A DNA stretch of 64,000 nucleotides from Octopus sinensis (lineage: Eukaryota), in assembly GCF_006345805.1 (NCBI RefSeq), contig NC_043007.1, positions 31,496,001-31,560,000 on the forward strand, in the 5' to 3' direction. The notes under the pieces were generated by a model that did no database searches, was not told the DNA's origin, and saw nothing but the letters and a program-made list of their open reading frames with translations. Below, piece after piece: positions 48,856 to 61,972 of the stretch. Made by a program: the position numbers and the translations under genes. Positions within the stretch are counted from its first letter, which is position 1. Each line of letters opens with the position of its first letter.

Positions 48856-50359
48856 TGCACAGACTAGTGTGTGCTGTTACTCAGTGCAGTGTCACCGAAT
48901 AGGTTAAGTTCATTTTGTTACCAGTGGAAATTCGTAGTCGACCCATACCTTGTGAATGAAATATGCTCGATGGAAACTGCATAGAAGCCCCTCGGATGGA
49001 TTATACCTGTAGTTCATAAAAAAAATAATAAGTACAGTCTTGTCACACACCATGTCTCGCTGCTACTGCCGGAGAATTACGCTAAGAATGTAGGCGTCTG
49101 TGGAATGTTCTTTTTATTCACTTGTTAATTTCAGAAGCAGGTCATTCATTTGTTCGAACGAGCAATTTCTTATCGACGAACGACGGAGATTCACCACAGC
49201 CACAGGTTGTTGTTGTTGTTGTTGTTGTTGTTGTTGATTAGCTTTTGGCCAAATTTGAACGAGTCGACCATTTTTTCGAGTATTTACGGTTTCGTGGTAG
49301 ACTTAACACATCGCACGCTTCAACAGGACCCACCACCAGTCGCTAGCATTTCGATATGCCTTCCTCCCATAAGTCTCAGAAGCCTTTTAAGGGGGTCGCC
49401 GAAACTATCTTCCTCACATATTCTTTTTGTATATAAGAAAATAGGGAGATTCGGCTGCTATTTCTACCAAAGTATACCATATTAGATAACACTAATATTT
49501 TATGTCTGTAAACAGAGACTTCCTTGTTGATACAATGTCTGTAAGTCTGTTTAGTAAATAGTGTAAAACTAAGAGATTGGAAACTTCATTATCTCTGTTT
49601 TAGTATTTAAGCCAGCCATATCCGGGCGCAGGTATTTTTACTCGTTTTATGTTCAGACGGACCAATGTCATTCGGAAAATAAACAATTACACCATCGAAA
49701 TCTCGAAGCTACGAGATAAAGCATGATTAATTCAGAAACAGTGTGAATAAATAAGAATTACATTTGATAGTGTAATCTTAACGCTGAACGGTGGAATCTA
49801 TTTAACACGGAGTAAATGTATTTCTAACGTGAATGGATGTCGAAGTAGGTTTTCCACATTCGCTATGTTAGCAATGGCTGAAAGAAACAATTCTGTTGTT
49901 GTCCGCTGCGCTTGGTGTTAGTCTGTAGGCCGTCGTAGGTTGTGTGTAATCTTGTTTTATCTGAAACAAAACACTTCACCACTCCATTTAATAAGATTAT
50001 TTCGTTTATTAAATTCTTATAACCAATCTATCTGTTCACACATGAGTTAAGATAATTTCACGGCCCATGTCTCACTCATACTGGCCGATAATGTACTTAA
50101 CGCTAGTTCCCACTATTTTACAGGTGTTGCAATAAAAGGTAGAACCATTTTCTTTCTTTTTTTTTGTTTTACCCCTTCGCACATAATAAATTAGATCAAC
50201 ACGGCCAGGCACTTAACACTTTTACAGCCCGCGAGGGAGAAAAAAAATGGCTACTTTCTGTTGTATTAATGCGTATTTCTTTCAGAAAAGATTAACATGG
50301 ATATGATATAGATCCCAATTTTTAATATTGCAGCATTGAGATATATTTCATTGATTAAA

Positions 50360-50510
50360 CACTATATTTACTCGTGTATAAATAACACTCGTGTATAAGC
50401 TGCACCCCATATTTTGCGTTAAGTCTTTGCTCTCTGTATAAGTCGAACTGTAGTTTTTCAGCTAAAATCAAGTTTAAAATAGTGCGACTCATTCACGAGT
50501 AAATGCGGTT
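50360..50510. mobile_element. Tc1/mariner-like MITE
   Basis: Ends ctatatttactcgtgtata and attcacgagtaaatgcgg are imperfect inverted repeats. Confidence 0.6.
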
Positions 50511-50740
50511 TATCTCATTGGTTAAGCATTTTATTATCTTAAGAAATGGACAAATATTGACGAGCCAGTGAGGGAGCCTCTACGTTGTTCTTCCTCTCTT
50601 AGAAATAATAGCTAAATCTCCTTCAAATCACACCCTACAATATTAGAAAAAGAAGTATATATTAAATAAGGCTGTTCTGGGTACACCGTTGGAAACAAAG
50701 CATAAAAAACAACTTTCAGAAATGATAAATTATGCTATCA

Positions 50741-50741
<1 letters not shown>

Positions 50742-50780
<39 letters not shown>

Positions 50781-51034
50781 GAGTGAGAGAGCAGTGCATG
50801 CCATCAAAGTGACACTGGGGTGAAATATACGAAACCCAGTATACCCATCATGACTACCCGTCTGATAAGGATACACTAGGCACATGCATCACAACCATAT
50901 GTGCGCGACATGGTGATCTCATATCATGATAAACAGCGCATGACCTTGCAGGTGGGGCTCAGTTAGAATTTTCTTCAGGTCGAGTAGCCCAACCCGCTTA
51001 AAAGGTCTTTGAATAAGGGTCGTTTAAGGATGTT
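50742..51034 (-). mobile_element. Non-autonomous retroposon 3' part with (AAT)n tail
   Basis: GC-richer block ending ...gcactgctctctcactc followed by (aat)n on the minus strand. Confidence 0.6.
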
Positions 51035-52157
51035 GTCGACTTTGCCTTCCGTCCTTTCGAGATCGATAAATTAAGTACCAGTGAAACACTCGGGTCGATG
51101 ACATCGATTTGTCCTCTCTCACTAAATTTCAGATCTTGTACCTTTAGTAGAAAGGATATCTATTATTATTATCACCATTATTTACCTTATAATTAGGACA
51201 GTATGCAGTGCTCATGACCCATTGCAGAGTCTTCCAAGACTAATGGGAGGGAGGGAGGGAAGGAAATATCCTCAAACCGGAAACCTGACGCGAATGGATT
51301 ACGTATCAGGTGGTGGAGTGTAGGGGAAGCTTGGATTAAGCACCAGATGGTGTTGCTCTGCCTTGGATTTAGGTAACAGATGGCAGTGTTGGCGCTTGAA
51401 ATTAGATAAACAAGAAAGAATGAATATATTTCAAATTTTTATGGTTCTAGTCTAACCTTGGCTTTCAGAAATCGTGTAGCAGATTGATATTTGATACGTA
51501 GATGTCAAATGTTAATGAAGAAGCGCATAGCACAGATACAAAATCAAAAACAAAACAAACCAACTTTGCATTGGTAATTGCATCCAGTGGATTAAATTCC
51601 CTAATACAACAACGAGGTGATTTGTCTTTGTTATTTCAGAAGCTCTTACTTGATAAAACCTGTGATAAATCGTTGTGTTTACTCGGTGCAAGTTTTTACT
51701 CCGTTGTAAATGGGTATCATTACAACAAGCGGTCGTGTTTGATGCGTTGAATGTGACGTGTAATTAATGATGCTGTGTCGTTAGAATAATTAATTTGTCC
51801 CGTGTTTTAAATCATAAACTTTGTTGTTGTTTATTAATCTGATTACAAACAGCGATTCATTGATTTTTATTATTAAGTTGAAGTGGAAATCGGGGTCAAT
51901 AAGTATTCAAAATAAATATTCGGCTTCCAGGATTTTAGTCGCCATATCACTAAACACATAGACTCGTTAAGTTTACTTGTAGAACATACAAATAGACTAA
52001 TAGCATTAATTAACAACCAATTAACCCTATAATTAGTTGCTGCTGCTGTTGCTGTTGTTATTGCTGCACCTCTTGTAACTGTCGATGTTGTTGTTTCGTC
52101 CCAGTTCAGTCCTATGGAGCAGACCTATGATCATCAAAACCCTAACAATCCTATTTT

Positions 52158-52301
52158 GGTACGGGCAACATTTTGCGAGAAGCGGGCCGCATGGGACATA
52201 ACTCATAATCAGGCGGGCCGCACAGCTAGAACACTTCGAGGCAATTTTTCGTTAAGAGTGACATTAGGAAGGTCCCGCGGTCTGCAGGTTGTCCGTGACT
52301 G
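52158..52301. mobile_element. hAT-like MITE remnant
   Basis: Ends ggtacgggcaac and gttgtccgtgactg; internal gcgggccgca twice, as in hAT MITE subterminal motifs. Confidence 0.5.
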
Positions 52302-52370
52302 ACTTAAGACTACTTAAGGCTAAATAGGGAAGGACTCTAAAGTGTCCTTCCCTATTTAGGGAAAATATTG

Positions 52371-52672
52371 TGAAGGCTCGTGGCTTAGTGGTTAGGGTAT
52401 TCGGTTCACGATCGTAAGGTTGTGAGTTCAATTCTCTGCGATACGTTGTGTCCTTGAGCAAGACACTTTATTTCACGTTGCTCCAGTCCACCCAGCTGGA
52501 GTTGTATCTGTATTTCAAAGGACTAGTCTTGTCCCATTTTGTGTCATGTTGAATCTCCTGAGAACTACGTTTAAGGGTACGCATGTCTGTGGAGTACTCA
52601 GCCACTTGCACGTTTATTTCACGAGCAGGGGCTGTTCTGTTGATCGAATCAACTGGAACCGACGGAATGCCA
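52371..52672 (+). mobile_element. tRNA-derived SINE family E
   Basis: gaaggctcgtggcttagtggttaggg...ccttgagcaagacac...aagggtacgcatgtctgtggag. Confidence 0.85.
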
Positions 52673-53222
52673 ATTTAAGTTAAGCATGTGATCTGAAAGA
52701 CATTTGGTTGTTATTTCTACTGGATCGAGCGACCACGCAAGAATTCCAGTGGTCAGTCCCTCGCCTTAATCTCCCGGCAACCCCATCGCTTTGAAAATTC
52801 ACCGAATGGCGAATGTTATAAAGAGGCCTCCTGAAATCCATCTTTTACCGTCATCAGGTTTATCCCTGGATCTTCTCTGTCCATTTCTCAATCGGCTCCT
52901 GATTGTCTTTTCCTCAACACTTCGTTTTTGTCGTTTCATAAATCACCGCTACCCTACACCCTGTTCTGTTACATATGTCACAAACCTCTCTCTCCCCCTC
53001 TTTGTCTTTGTCTCTGCCCCACTCTCTTCCTCTCTCTCTCTCCCGTTCCTATATATCTACTTTCTACCCACAGGGGAAATAACTGGAGCATTTGACAGAA
53101 TCACTTCTTTACACAAAATTTTGTTGTAATTCTCCACAATAAAGCAATCTGGTATATTTAACATTTCCAACATTACCAATGTTTCACAGCAATGTAAGGC
53201 GGCGAGTCTCAAATGAGCTCTG

Positions 53223-53358
53223 AATTACCATTAAAAAAAAATTACCATTAAAGAAAATTACCATTAAAAACGAATTACCATTAAAAAAAAATTACCATTA
53301 AAAAAATTACCATTAGAAAAAATTACCATTAAAAAAAGAATTACCATTAAAGAAAAAA
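53223..53358. repeat. Minisatellite (AATTACCATTAAAAAA-like) x8
   Basis: Eight copies of AATTACCATT separated by variable A-runs. Confidence 0.93.
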
Positions 53359-53830
53359 CGCTATTTTCTCGAATTATAAATATTTTTACGGATTCAACGC
53401 CATACGAAGGACCAAAACATAATTTTTCCATTCATCATCCTGTGATGCACCTGAATACATCATCAGTAATGTAACGGTTTCGGGTCTTTCATCATCAGAC
53501 ACCCTCATCCAGACGAACCAGTCACGTCTGGACCAAACCCCCACTTCGTGTCCTGTTAACATCATCTTTGATAGCAACACTCACTCCCTGATAATGGTGA
53601 GTAATCAAAATGAATAGCTTATATATCATTTTAGCTAATGCTTGATGTTTATCCGCTAGCTGACATGTTTGAAGCATTTAGAAGGTTAAACAGGCAAGAT
53701 GCCAATTTAGACATGTGGCGAATTTGAATGGTTGGACCGCTCCTCTCTAGAATTTGATCCCGATTCATACCAAACATAAAAACACAAAGTCTAAATGCTA
53801 CATTATGGAAATTCAATATATAACAGTTTT

Positions 53831-54231
53831 AAGGGCGGCGAGCTGGCAGAAACGTTAGCACGCCGGGCGAAATGCTTAGCAGTATTTCGTCTGCGTTACG
53901 TTGTGAGTTCAAATTCCGCTGAAGTCGACTTTGCCTTTCATCCTTTCGGGGTCGATTAAATAAGTACCAGTTACGCGCAAGGTCGATATAATCGACTTAA
54001 TCCGTTTGTCTGTCCTTGTTTGTCCCCTCTGTGTTTAGCCCATTGTGGGTAGTAAAGAAATAGGTATTTCGTCTGTCGTTACGTTCTGAGTTCAAATTCC
54101 ACCGAGGTCGACTTTGTCTTTCATCCTTTCAGGGTCGATAAATTAAGTACCAGTTGCGTGCTGGGGTCGATCTAATCGACTGGCTCCCTCCGCCAAAATT
54201 TCGGGCCTTGTGTCTAGAGTAGAAAAGAATA
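53831..54231 (+). mobile_element. SINE family B, internal dimer (182-bp period)
   Basis: The unit restarts at 54063 (ggtatttcgtctg) after tail A. Confidence 0.9.
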
Positions 54232-54619
54232 TATAACATTGTTAGTTAAACAATTAAGATGCACAAATGAAATATTGTCTAATATAAAATAAATTTCAAA
54301 ACTGTGATTACAACAATTAAAACTTTTTGTTTGTGTTATAGTTTTTTGCTTAACGGAATTAGCTTAAAGTAGAAATTGTTCTCAAAAACTGTTTCTCTTT
54401 TACTTGTTTCAATCATTTGATTACCCTTTCCTCACCACTTGACAACCGATGGTGGCTTGTTTCCGTATCTATTTGCTAAAAGAGGTCGATAGAATATGTG
54501 CCAAACTTAAAAAATAAGTGCTGGGTGTGATTTGCCCGACTACACTCTTCAAGACGCTGCACCAGTATGGCTGCAGTCAAATGACAGAAACAAGCAATAT
54601 ATATATATATATATACATA

Positions 54620-54870
<251 letters not shown>

Positions 54871-55660
54871 CAAGTTACCTCACACTTACTGTCAACCAAA
54901 TTCATTCTTAAGGCAAGGCATTGGTTGGCCTGGGAATAAGGGGCTATAGTAGAAGACACTTGCCCAAAAGGCCGTGCTGTAGGACTGAACTTACACCCAC
55001 CTGGCTGCTAGGTGAGCTTCTTCACCACGCAGCCATGCCTTAGCATCAAGATTCGATTTAACGAGGCTAGCTAATACTACGGTGTCTATAACACTTTAGT
55101 AATAATTTGATTCTTTCAATTAATCTTACTTATAAGGAAAAAATAATAATTAGGATTAATTATTTATTGAATACATCGAAACAGAGGAACAGAATGGCAA
55201 GTCTATTAATTAGCATCTGATAACAAATAAATAAATAATTAAATAACTAATGATGTCGATTCATTTACCGTTGCGGTTTAGTTTAATTATTGCAATTTGC
55301 GTACTTTAAATTGTATTGAATCTCTGAAATATGCGAGGGTTGGATCAATCTTAAACACCCAGTCGTTCAAGAAAGTTGAACGAGTATGCTGCTATGGAAA
55401 TAGAACCGGTACAGGATTATTGCATTAGAATAGATGACTGGCAGACATACTTTAAAATTGTATCTGAACATCGGGAGAATTCTGAATATCGGATCGACAT
55501 TAAACGCACAACCGTTCGTATAAAAGGTGAAGGAAGTATCGTACATCTATCCGTATTAGTACTATAGTAATGTTACATTTAGCTCGATATGTCTGAACGT
55601 GAGAAACCCATAGCATATACTACTATTGGTAACAGATTAATCTAGTACAGTGTCCTTGAT

Positions 55661-55872
55661 GGCGAGCTGGCAGAATCGTTAGCACGCCGGGTGAAATGCT
55701 TAGCAGTATTTCAAATTCTGCCGAGGTCGACTTTGCCTTTCATCCTTTCGGGGTCGATAAATTAAGTACCAGTTACGTACTGGGGTCGATGTACTCGACT
55801 TAATCCCTTTATCTGTCCTTGTTTTTCCCCTCTGTGTTTAGCCCCTTGTGGGCAATAAAGAAATAAGAAACG
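55661..55872 (+). mobile_element. SINE family B with tail A
   Basis: ggcgagctggcagaatcgttagcacgccggg...gtgggcaataaagaaata-agaaacgttag. Confidence 0.88.
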
Positions 55873-55974
55873 TTAGTACTGTGTCCTTGATATACAAAAG
55901 GATGGATACACATTTAGTTATAAATCTACTTTGTAAGTGCTGAATTTGGGCTAAACTCAATATTTCTCTGCAGT

Positions 55975-56190
55975 GTAAGGCGGAGATCTGCCAGAGTCGT
56001 TGGCACACGGGGCAGAATGCTCAGCAGCATATCGCTCGTCTTTACATTCCGAGTTCAAATTCCACCGAGGTCGATTTTGCCTTTCATTCTTTCGAGGTCG
56101 ATAAAATAAGAACCAGCTGTGCACTGGGGTCCATGTTATCGACTTATCATTCACCCGAAATTGCTGACCTTGTGCAAAAGTTTGCAACCA
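55975..56190 (+). mobile_element. SINE family B, diverged
   Basis: gagttcaaattccaccgaggtcgattttgcctttcattctttcgaggtcgataaaataagaaccag. Confidence 0.82.
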
Positions 56191-57105
56191 CCATTTCACA
56201 GCAATATGAAAAATTTCAATTATTTCCCAAATATGTACATAATCAGCCACATATTTGTTATTTCACCAAGCAAAATGGAAGAATTGGTGTGTAAATAGCA
56301 TGTATAAAGTCTTGTTACTTAAATAAAATATATTAGATTAAGTTTCATTTATTTCAAATTCAACAATCCTCCCAACTTGTATTTAAATGTGTAGCAGTGT
56401 TTATTAAATAAAGTGGGCGGTGTATGTATTCCAGATGTCATCTGAAGTCTGGCAGCAAAACAGGTTGGATATCAACAAACTTTATATGCAATTAGTAATC
56501 TTGTTGTCGTTGTTGTTGGCGTTGTTTTATTGAATACCAAGGAATTTAGTTCAAATACTTGGTAAAATTGTATTTGACTGAAGTCAAGAATTCGAACGAA
56601 GACGATTGAAGTCTTTTCTCTGCGGGGAAAATTTTAGTATCATAATTTGTAAGTCACAATTTCGTGTTATCTTCGGCCGTTTCAATACCAACAGATTAGA
56701 ATACTGAGGAATGCGCGACATCAAGTCGAAGTATAAATTACTGCGAGCGACCTGCATTGACAGTTGAGACTAGAAGGTGAATGAACATGGAGAATAGCTC
56801 CATGTTTTATGTCCCATGTGGTGAAATAAAAATATAATCATCATCCATAGGCTCTGGCATGTCTGTGTGATGAAGAAGTTCGCTTTGCAACCGTTTGGTT
56901 TTTGGGTTCAGTTCCACTGCATGACACGTTGGACAAGTGTCTTCTACTATAGACCCTGGGTCGACTATTGCCTTGTAAATGAATTTGGTGGACGAAAACT
57001 GTGTGGAAGCACATCGTATGTGTATATATATATATATATACTAATACATCTGTTTGTTTTGTACACCACATGTCTTCGTCTTTTGTTGTTTTTTTCGTAA
57101 ACTCT

Positions 57106-57141
<36 letters not shown>

Positions 57142-57654
57142 GTAAATGTCGAACGATGAAACTGAGTGCTCAACACTGCATTTGTGGATATAATTTCTCT
57201 ATTTGTGAATTAAGGCTACCATTGGTTTTATGTTAAGAAAATTAGGAAAATATTCAAGTGTCTTAACAATTTTTCAGCCGATCACATGGAGAAAGGTATA
57301 TATATATGTTTGTGTGTGTGTGTGAGAGAGAGAGGTTTTATTTTTCGAAACTCTAATTTTCACAAAGCCCACAAAACTTGAAACCACATCCGAGCAATTA
57401 TTATGGTAGCGGCAGGGAGCGCGAAACCAGGTTAAGCTTGCATTAACATACAAGGGTGACTTAAGGTAATCCTTAATTCACACTGCTATAGATTATTATA
57501 TTTATGCAAAATTTGTAAATCAATGCATTTGCCATTCTCCTTTCACTTCAGCTGTATTCACAGCAATGCACTAAGTACAGACACGGGTTGAGATGCCTTA
57601 ACCCAAATTTACAGCAACGAAAGAAAACGTACAGACATTTCTCTTAATTTTATG

Positions 57655-57845
57655 CTCCGCCGGGCGAAATGCCTAGCAGTATTTCACCTGTTGTTAAGTT
57701 CTGAGTTCAAATTCCGCCGAGGTCGACTTTACCTTTCATCGTTTCAGGGTCGATTAAATAATTACCAGTTACAAACTGGGGTCGATGTAGTCTGTCCTTG
57801 TTTGTCCCCTCTATGTTTAACCCCCTGTGCACAATAAAGAAATAA
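57655..57845 (+). mobile_element. SINE family B with tail A
   Basis: cgccgggcgaaatgcc...gtttgtcccctctatgtttaacccc...aataaagaaata. Confidence 0.82.
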
Positions 57846-58044
57846 ATATTATGCTCCTATAATTTTATAGATTCCTTACTAACGACACAGTTTCTATTTT
57901 CAGCAGAGTTAACACTAATATCTGGATTAGCATCACGGTAATTAATAGCACACAGCAATTACACCAGTAATTACGAATCTGCAATCACTTATTCTAATTA
58001 TATCCATGTGCAAGCTTCTCTTATATGTGACTGTACTGTTTTAT

Positions 58045-58410
58045 TGTTTTACTTGTTTCAGTTATTTGACTGCGGTCATGCTGGAGCACCGCCTTTAGTC
58101 GAACAAATCGACTCTGGGACTTATTCTTTGTAAGCCTAGTACTTATTCTATCGGGCTCTTTTGCCGAGCCGCTAAGTTACGGGGACGTAAAGACACCAAA
58201 CGATGGTGAGACAAACACACACACACACACACAGGCACACAACGGGCTTCTTTCAGTTTCCGTCTTTCCGTCTACCAAATCCACTCACAAGGCTTTAGTC
58301 GGCCCGAAGCTATAGAAGAAGACACTTGCCCAAGGTGCCACGCAGTGGGACTGAACCCGGAACCATGTCGTTGGGCAGCATGCTTCTTACAACACAGCTA
58401 CGCTGCGCCT
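58045..58410 (-). mobile_element. SINE family A
   Basis: Tail, body and head recognisable. Confidence 0.9.
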
Positions 58411-59445
58411 ATTTACATAAATTATTATCTTTTTTTACTTGTTATTCATGCAGATAATTTAATCAACGCCCGGAAATAACTGATGACAAATAAGGACCTC
58501 AGGGCCCATAATCCACGGAGAAATAGGCTCAAACCGCCTTTCTACTCATCGCCCGGTGACGGCACCTATACAACCATGTACTTATGATCAATAACATGGT
58601 CTTCGATATGTTACAGAAATTTATGCTCGGGGTTTTGGGTACTGCGTTAATTAGATTCCGGTTGCTCGGCAACACCGATATCCTATACAAATTCCAATTG
58701 TAGAAAATGCTGATTCACACAAGTTCCAAACAGGCTTGAGTTTCAACGATGGCGAAAGAATAGTCTCTAACCAGAATTCGTTACCATTGTCTCACAGTTT
58801 AAAACTTACTCTTTATTACAAATTTTATTTCTCAGATGTAAATTTGGTTTCCTTTATTTTCTGAAATTCATCATCCATGGCGAATTTCGACTCGTTTGTT
58901 TATCGAGACTCCAAAATATTTAGCAAATTTATTGGGTACAGTTTCCTTCTGTTAATTCAAGTAAATATAACCGGATCATATATCAATAAAAGAAAAAAAG
59001 AAAGAAGCTTGGTGATTTTTTTTTAGTTCTTAGTCGAGAGTAAGGTAGAAGCGCGATAACAATTATAGCTGTCATGTGACAGAATTAGTATGTTCGCGCT
59101 CTCTAGTGATAGGGTCACTTTATGCAAAATTAATACTTTAATCTTCCGTGGGATTATAATAAGGATTACGATAAGATTAATACTCTTTTTTTTGTCATAG
59201 ACTAATAAAACTACTTCACTGAAAATGTAAACTTGCAGAGAAATTAGATCAAATAGTTTATAAGATACGTTTCTTCTGAAAGTTAATTTGAAACCAAATG
59301 TCTATATCAGACGCTTTCTTTCTTCTTCGCTGTCAGGCGAAAGTCACGAATGGAAGCTAGAGGTTGACCTTATCCGATGCTCCTGTGAACATGCCTGTAA
59401 CCTATTTAAGAACTACATTCACACTCGTATTGACATAAAAAAAAG

Positions 59446-59765
59446 ACTCCGCCGGTTACGACGACGAGGGTCCCAGCTGATACGATCAACGGAACAGCTT
59501 GCTCGTGAAATTAACGTGCAAATGGCTGAGCATTCCACAGACACGTGTACCCTTAACGTAGTTCTCGGGGATAATCAGCGTGACACAGAGAGTGACAAGG
59601 CTGACCCTTTGAAATACAAGTACAACTCATTTTTGCCAGCTGAGTGGACTGGAGCAACGTGAAATAAAGTGTCTTGCTCAAGGACACAACGCGTCGCCGG
59701 GAATCGAACTCACAACCTTACGATCATGAGCCGAATGCCCTAACCACTAAGCCACGCGCCCTCAC
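59446..59765 (-). mobile_element. SINE family E, full length
   Basis: Reverse complement of gtgagggcgcgtggcttagtggttagggc...gagttcgattccc...aagggtacacgtgtctgtgg. Confidence 0.88.
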
Positions 59766-60785
59766 CGTATTGACATACATAGAAATGAATAACTGTAAGG
59801 AAATTAACTCTTCCATATCCATAAACATTAGGCATAAAATGGCCGATTAGTTAAGAAATTCGTTTTGCAATTAGAAGGCTCCGAGTTCGATCCAGCTTCC
59901 CGCCTGTTATTTTTCTTTAGGCTCTGGTCGACTCAAGACTATCTGTTGGTTTTCAGCTGCAATTCAAAAGAAAGCAAATAGTGATCTATAATTATATTTG
60001 TACAAGTATATTAACAAGCGTTTCTTGAACAAATTTGATTGAATGTCTTTTTTTTTTTTTTTGAATTCTCCCATTCCTGACATTTAATATTTTTCACACC
60101 GCCGAAGCAGTTATTTGGTAGAGCAACTTTTGAATGTCCACTTAAAATATCTTTGATTCCATTGAGTTGGATCTAATGGTGGATGTTACTAGAAAAAGGA
60201 TTTCGTTATTGGAACTGAAAACCGATTTTTTTCTATATCATATCGACATCAAAACTAACATCTAATAGAACGCTCAAGAAAAGTTTTTGGAATTTGTCCG
60301 AGTCTTCTTTTTATATTATAATTCTCTTCATACCATTACCTTGCGTTACAGGAATATAAATCGTCTCAAGTTAATTGGTACTTTATTTAATCAACCCAAC
60401 AAAGTTGAAGTTGACCTCACTAAGATTCAACCTTTCAACGTGAAAGGCGGGTGTGTCCTCATGCTATTTTGTCCAGCTCTAATCACCCGATCTTTATAAG
60501 AGTGTGTGGAATTACATTATATACCGTATCCTTCCTTATTTAAGACTTCAGAGCGCGATTTGAAAGAAATTTATTAGCTGTTCCTGACAGACCCTCATCC
60601 GGTTCTTTTATGAGTTTGTAAGGTTACATTACCTGCCGTGTTCTTTTCCTATTCAAAACTGCCGAGCGTAACGTGAGAGAGATTTGATTGCTGTTTCCAA
60701 CAGGTTATGACCTACAAAGACATTCATTCAGCAACTCTGCAACTTTCTAGGTCAAAACCTCCAGCATATTCTCTTTAAGTTAATT

Positions 60786-60826
<41 letters not shown>

Positions 60827-61439
60827 GACGTTCATTTTGTCTGGTATTGAGTTATGTTTAATGAGTAACGTGAATGTTAGTTCAAGCATATATACGTTTC
60901 GTAATTATCGCGTTAGCCAATATAGAAACCAACAAGAGTGTATAAAAATCATAATACGTTCTTTTGTGCAAACAGTTAATGCTGTCTTTACCCTGTCTTA
61001 CTGCGTCTTGTTATAAACGGGTATAGATAAGAGTGATGCATAATTAATCATTGTCTCCTTCGCTTACAGTTCTGCGCCGTAGTAGAAGTCCTGCTTAATC
61101 CAATCTGTACGGTAGACTCTCGTAGTCAGAGAAAAACAATTCTGAAATTAATGCTGAACAACATAAACAAATGATTTGCTTACAGTGATCAAATGTTTGC
61201 TGTACATCAGCTCCAGTGGTGGCTCGTAGATAAAATTAATCCGGGTGCTCCTTCAGAAAATTTTCAGCCGTTGTTTTAATATTGTGTTAAGGGAAACAAA
61301 CATATAAAAAGAAAATTTATACATAAACTTGATCGGTTCGCGTTTTAGCCACTGCTGGGTAATGTGTTTAATTTGTTCTCTAAACACCGCTGCGAATTCC
61401 CCATTGTTTTTCAAAAATCCCCCCTAAATCATAAAATTA

Positions 61440-61604
61440 GTCGGGGAAATGTGCCCTATTTTTCAAATCCTGACAGCAGAGCTTTACTCGAAACGTTAAA
61501 CCACCTTTCTTTCCTTCCCTGAGCATCAGCTAATACTTTACATGTACCACGTACCCGTATTGTTGTTTTTTTGTGTGTTTCTTCTTCGTTTTTTTTTTAT
61601 TTAC

Positions 61605-61605
<1 letters not shown>
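61440..61605 (+). mobile_element. Diverged P1-related element with degenerate hammerhead core
   Basis: ctgacagcagagctttactcgaaacgttaaacc...ctttccttccctgagc...ccacgtacccgtattgttg parallels P1. Confidence 0.55.
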
Positions 61606-61638
<33 letters not shown>

Positions 61639-61934
61639 ATATAGGTCGAGTATGTATGTTAATTATCAGTGCTCTCAAATTTAAAATTGAAATACTATAC
61701 TGAAGACGGGAGTAAGACAGGAAAAATATGATTTTACATCTCTTTAACCCAGAAACGCGTATATAGTTAATCAAAGCCGAGTGGATTCGTTTTTTTTTCT
61801 CCTTACCTGCGGGAGTTGAGAGTATTGCTGTCTGGGAGATATCTTATGGTAGTGGAATAGTATTTAACTGCTATTTCTAAATATTTGTATGTGGTGAAGC
61901 AATTTTTGCTGAACCCTAATTATAATTATGCTTA

Positions 61935-61972
<38 letters not shown>

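Noticed and set aside
53223-53358. CRISPR-like repeat-spacer array
   Set aside because: Eukaryotic context, a 10-bp core, and spacers that are only A-runs
55376-55567. 63-aa protein-like ORF (…IDDWQTYFKIV…)
   Set aside because: No ATG start or splice sites; at best a faint LINE ORF2 remnant
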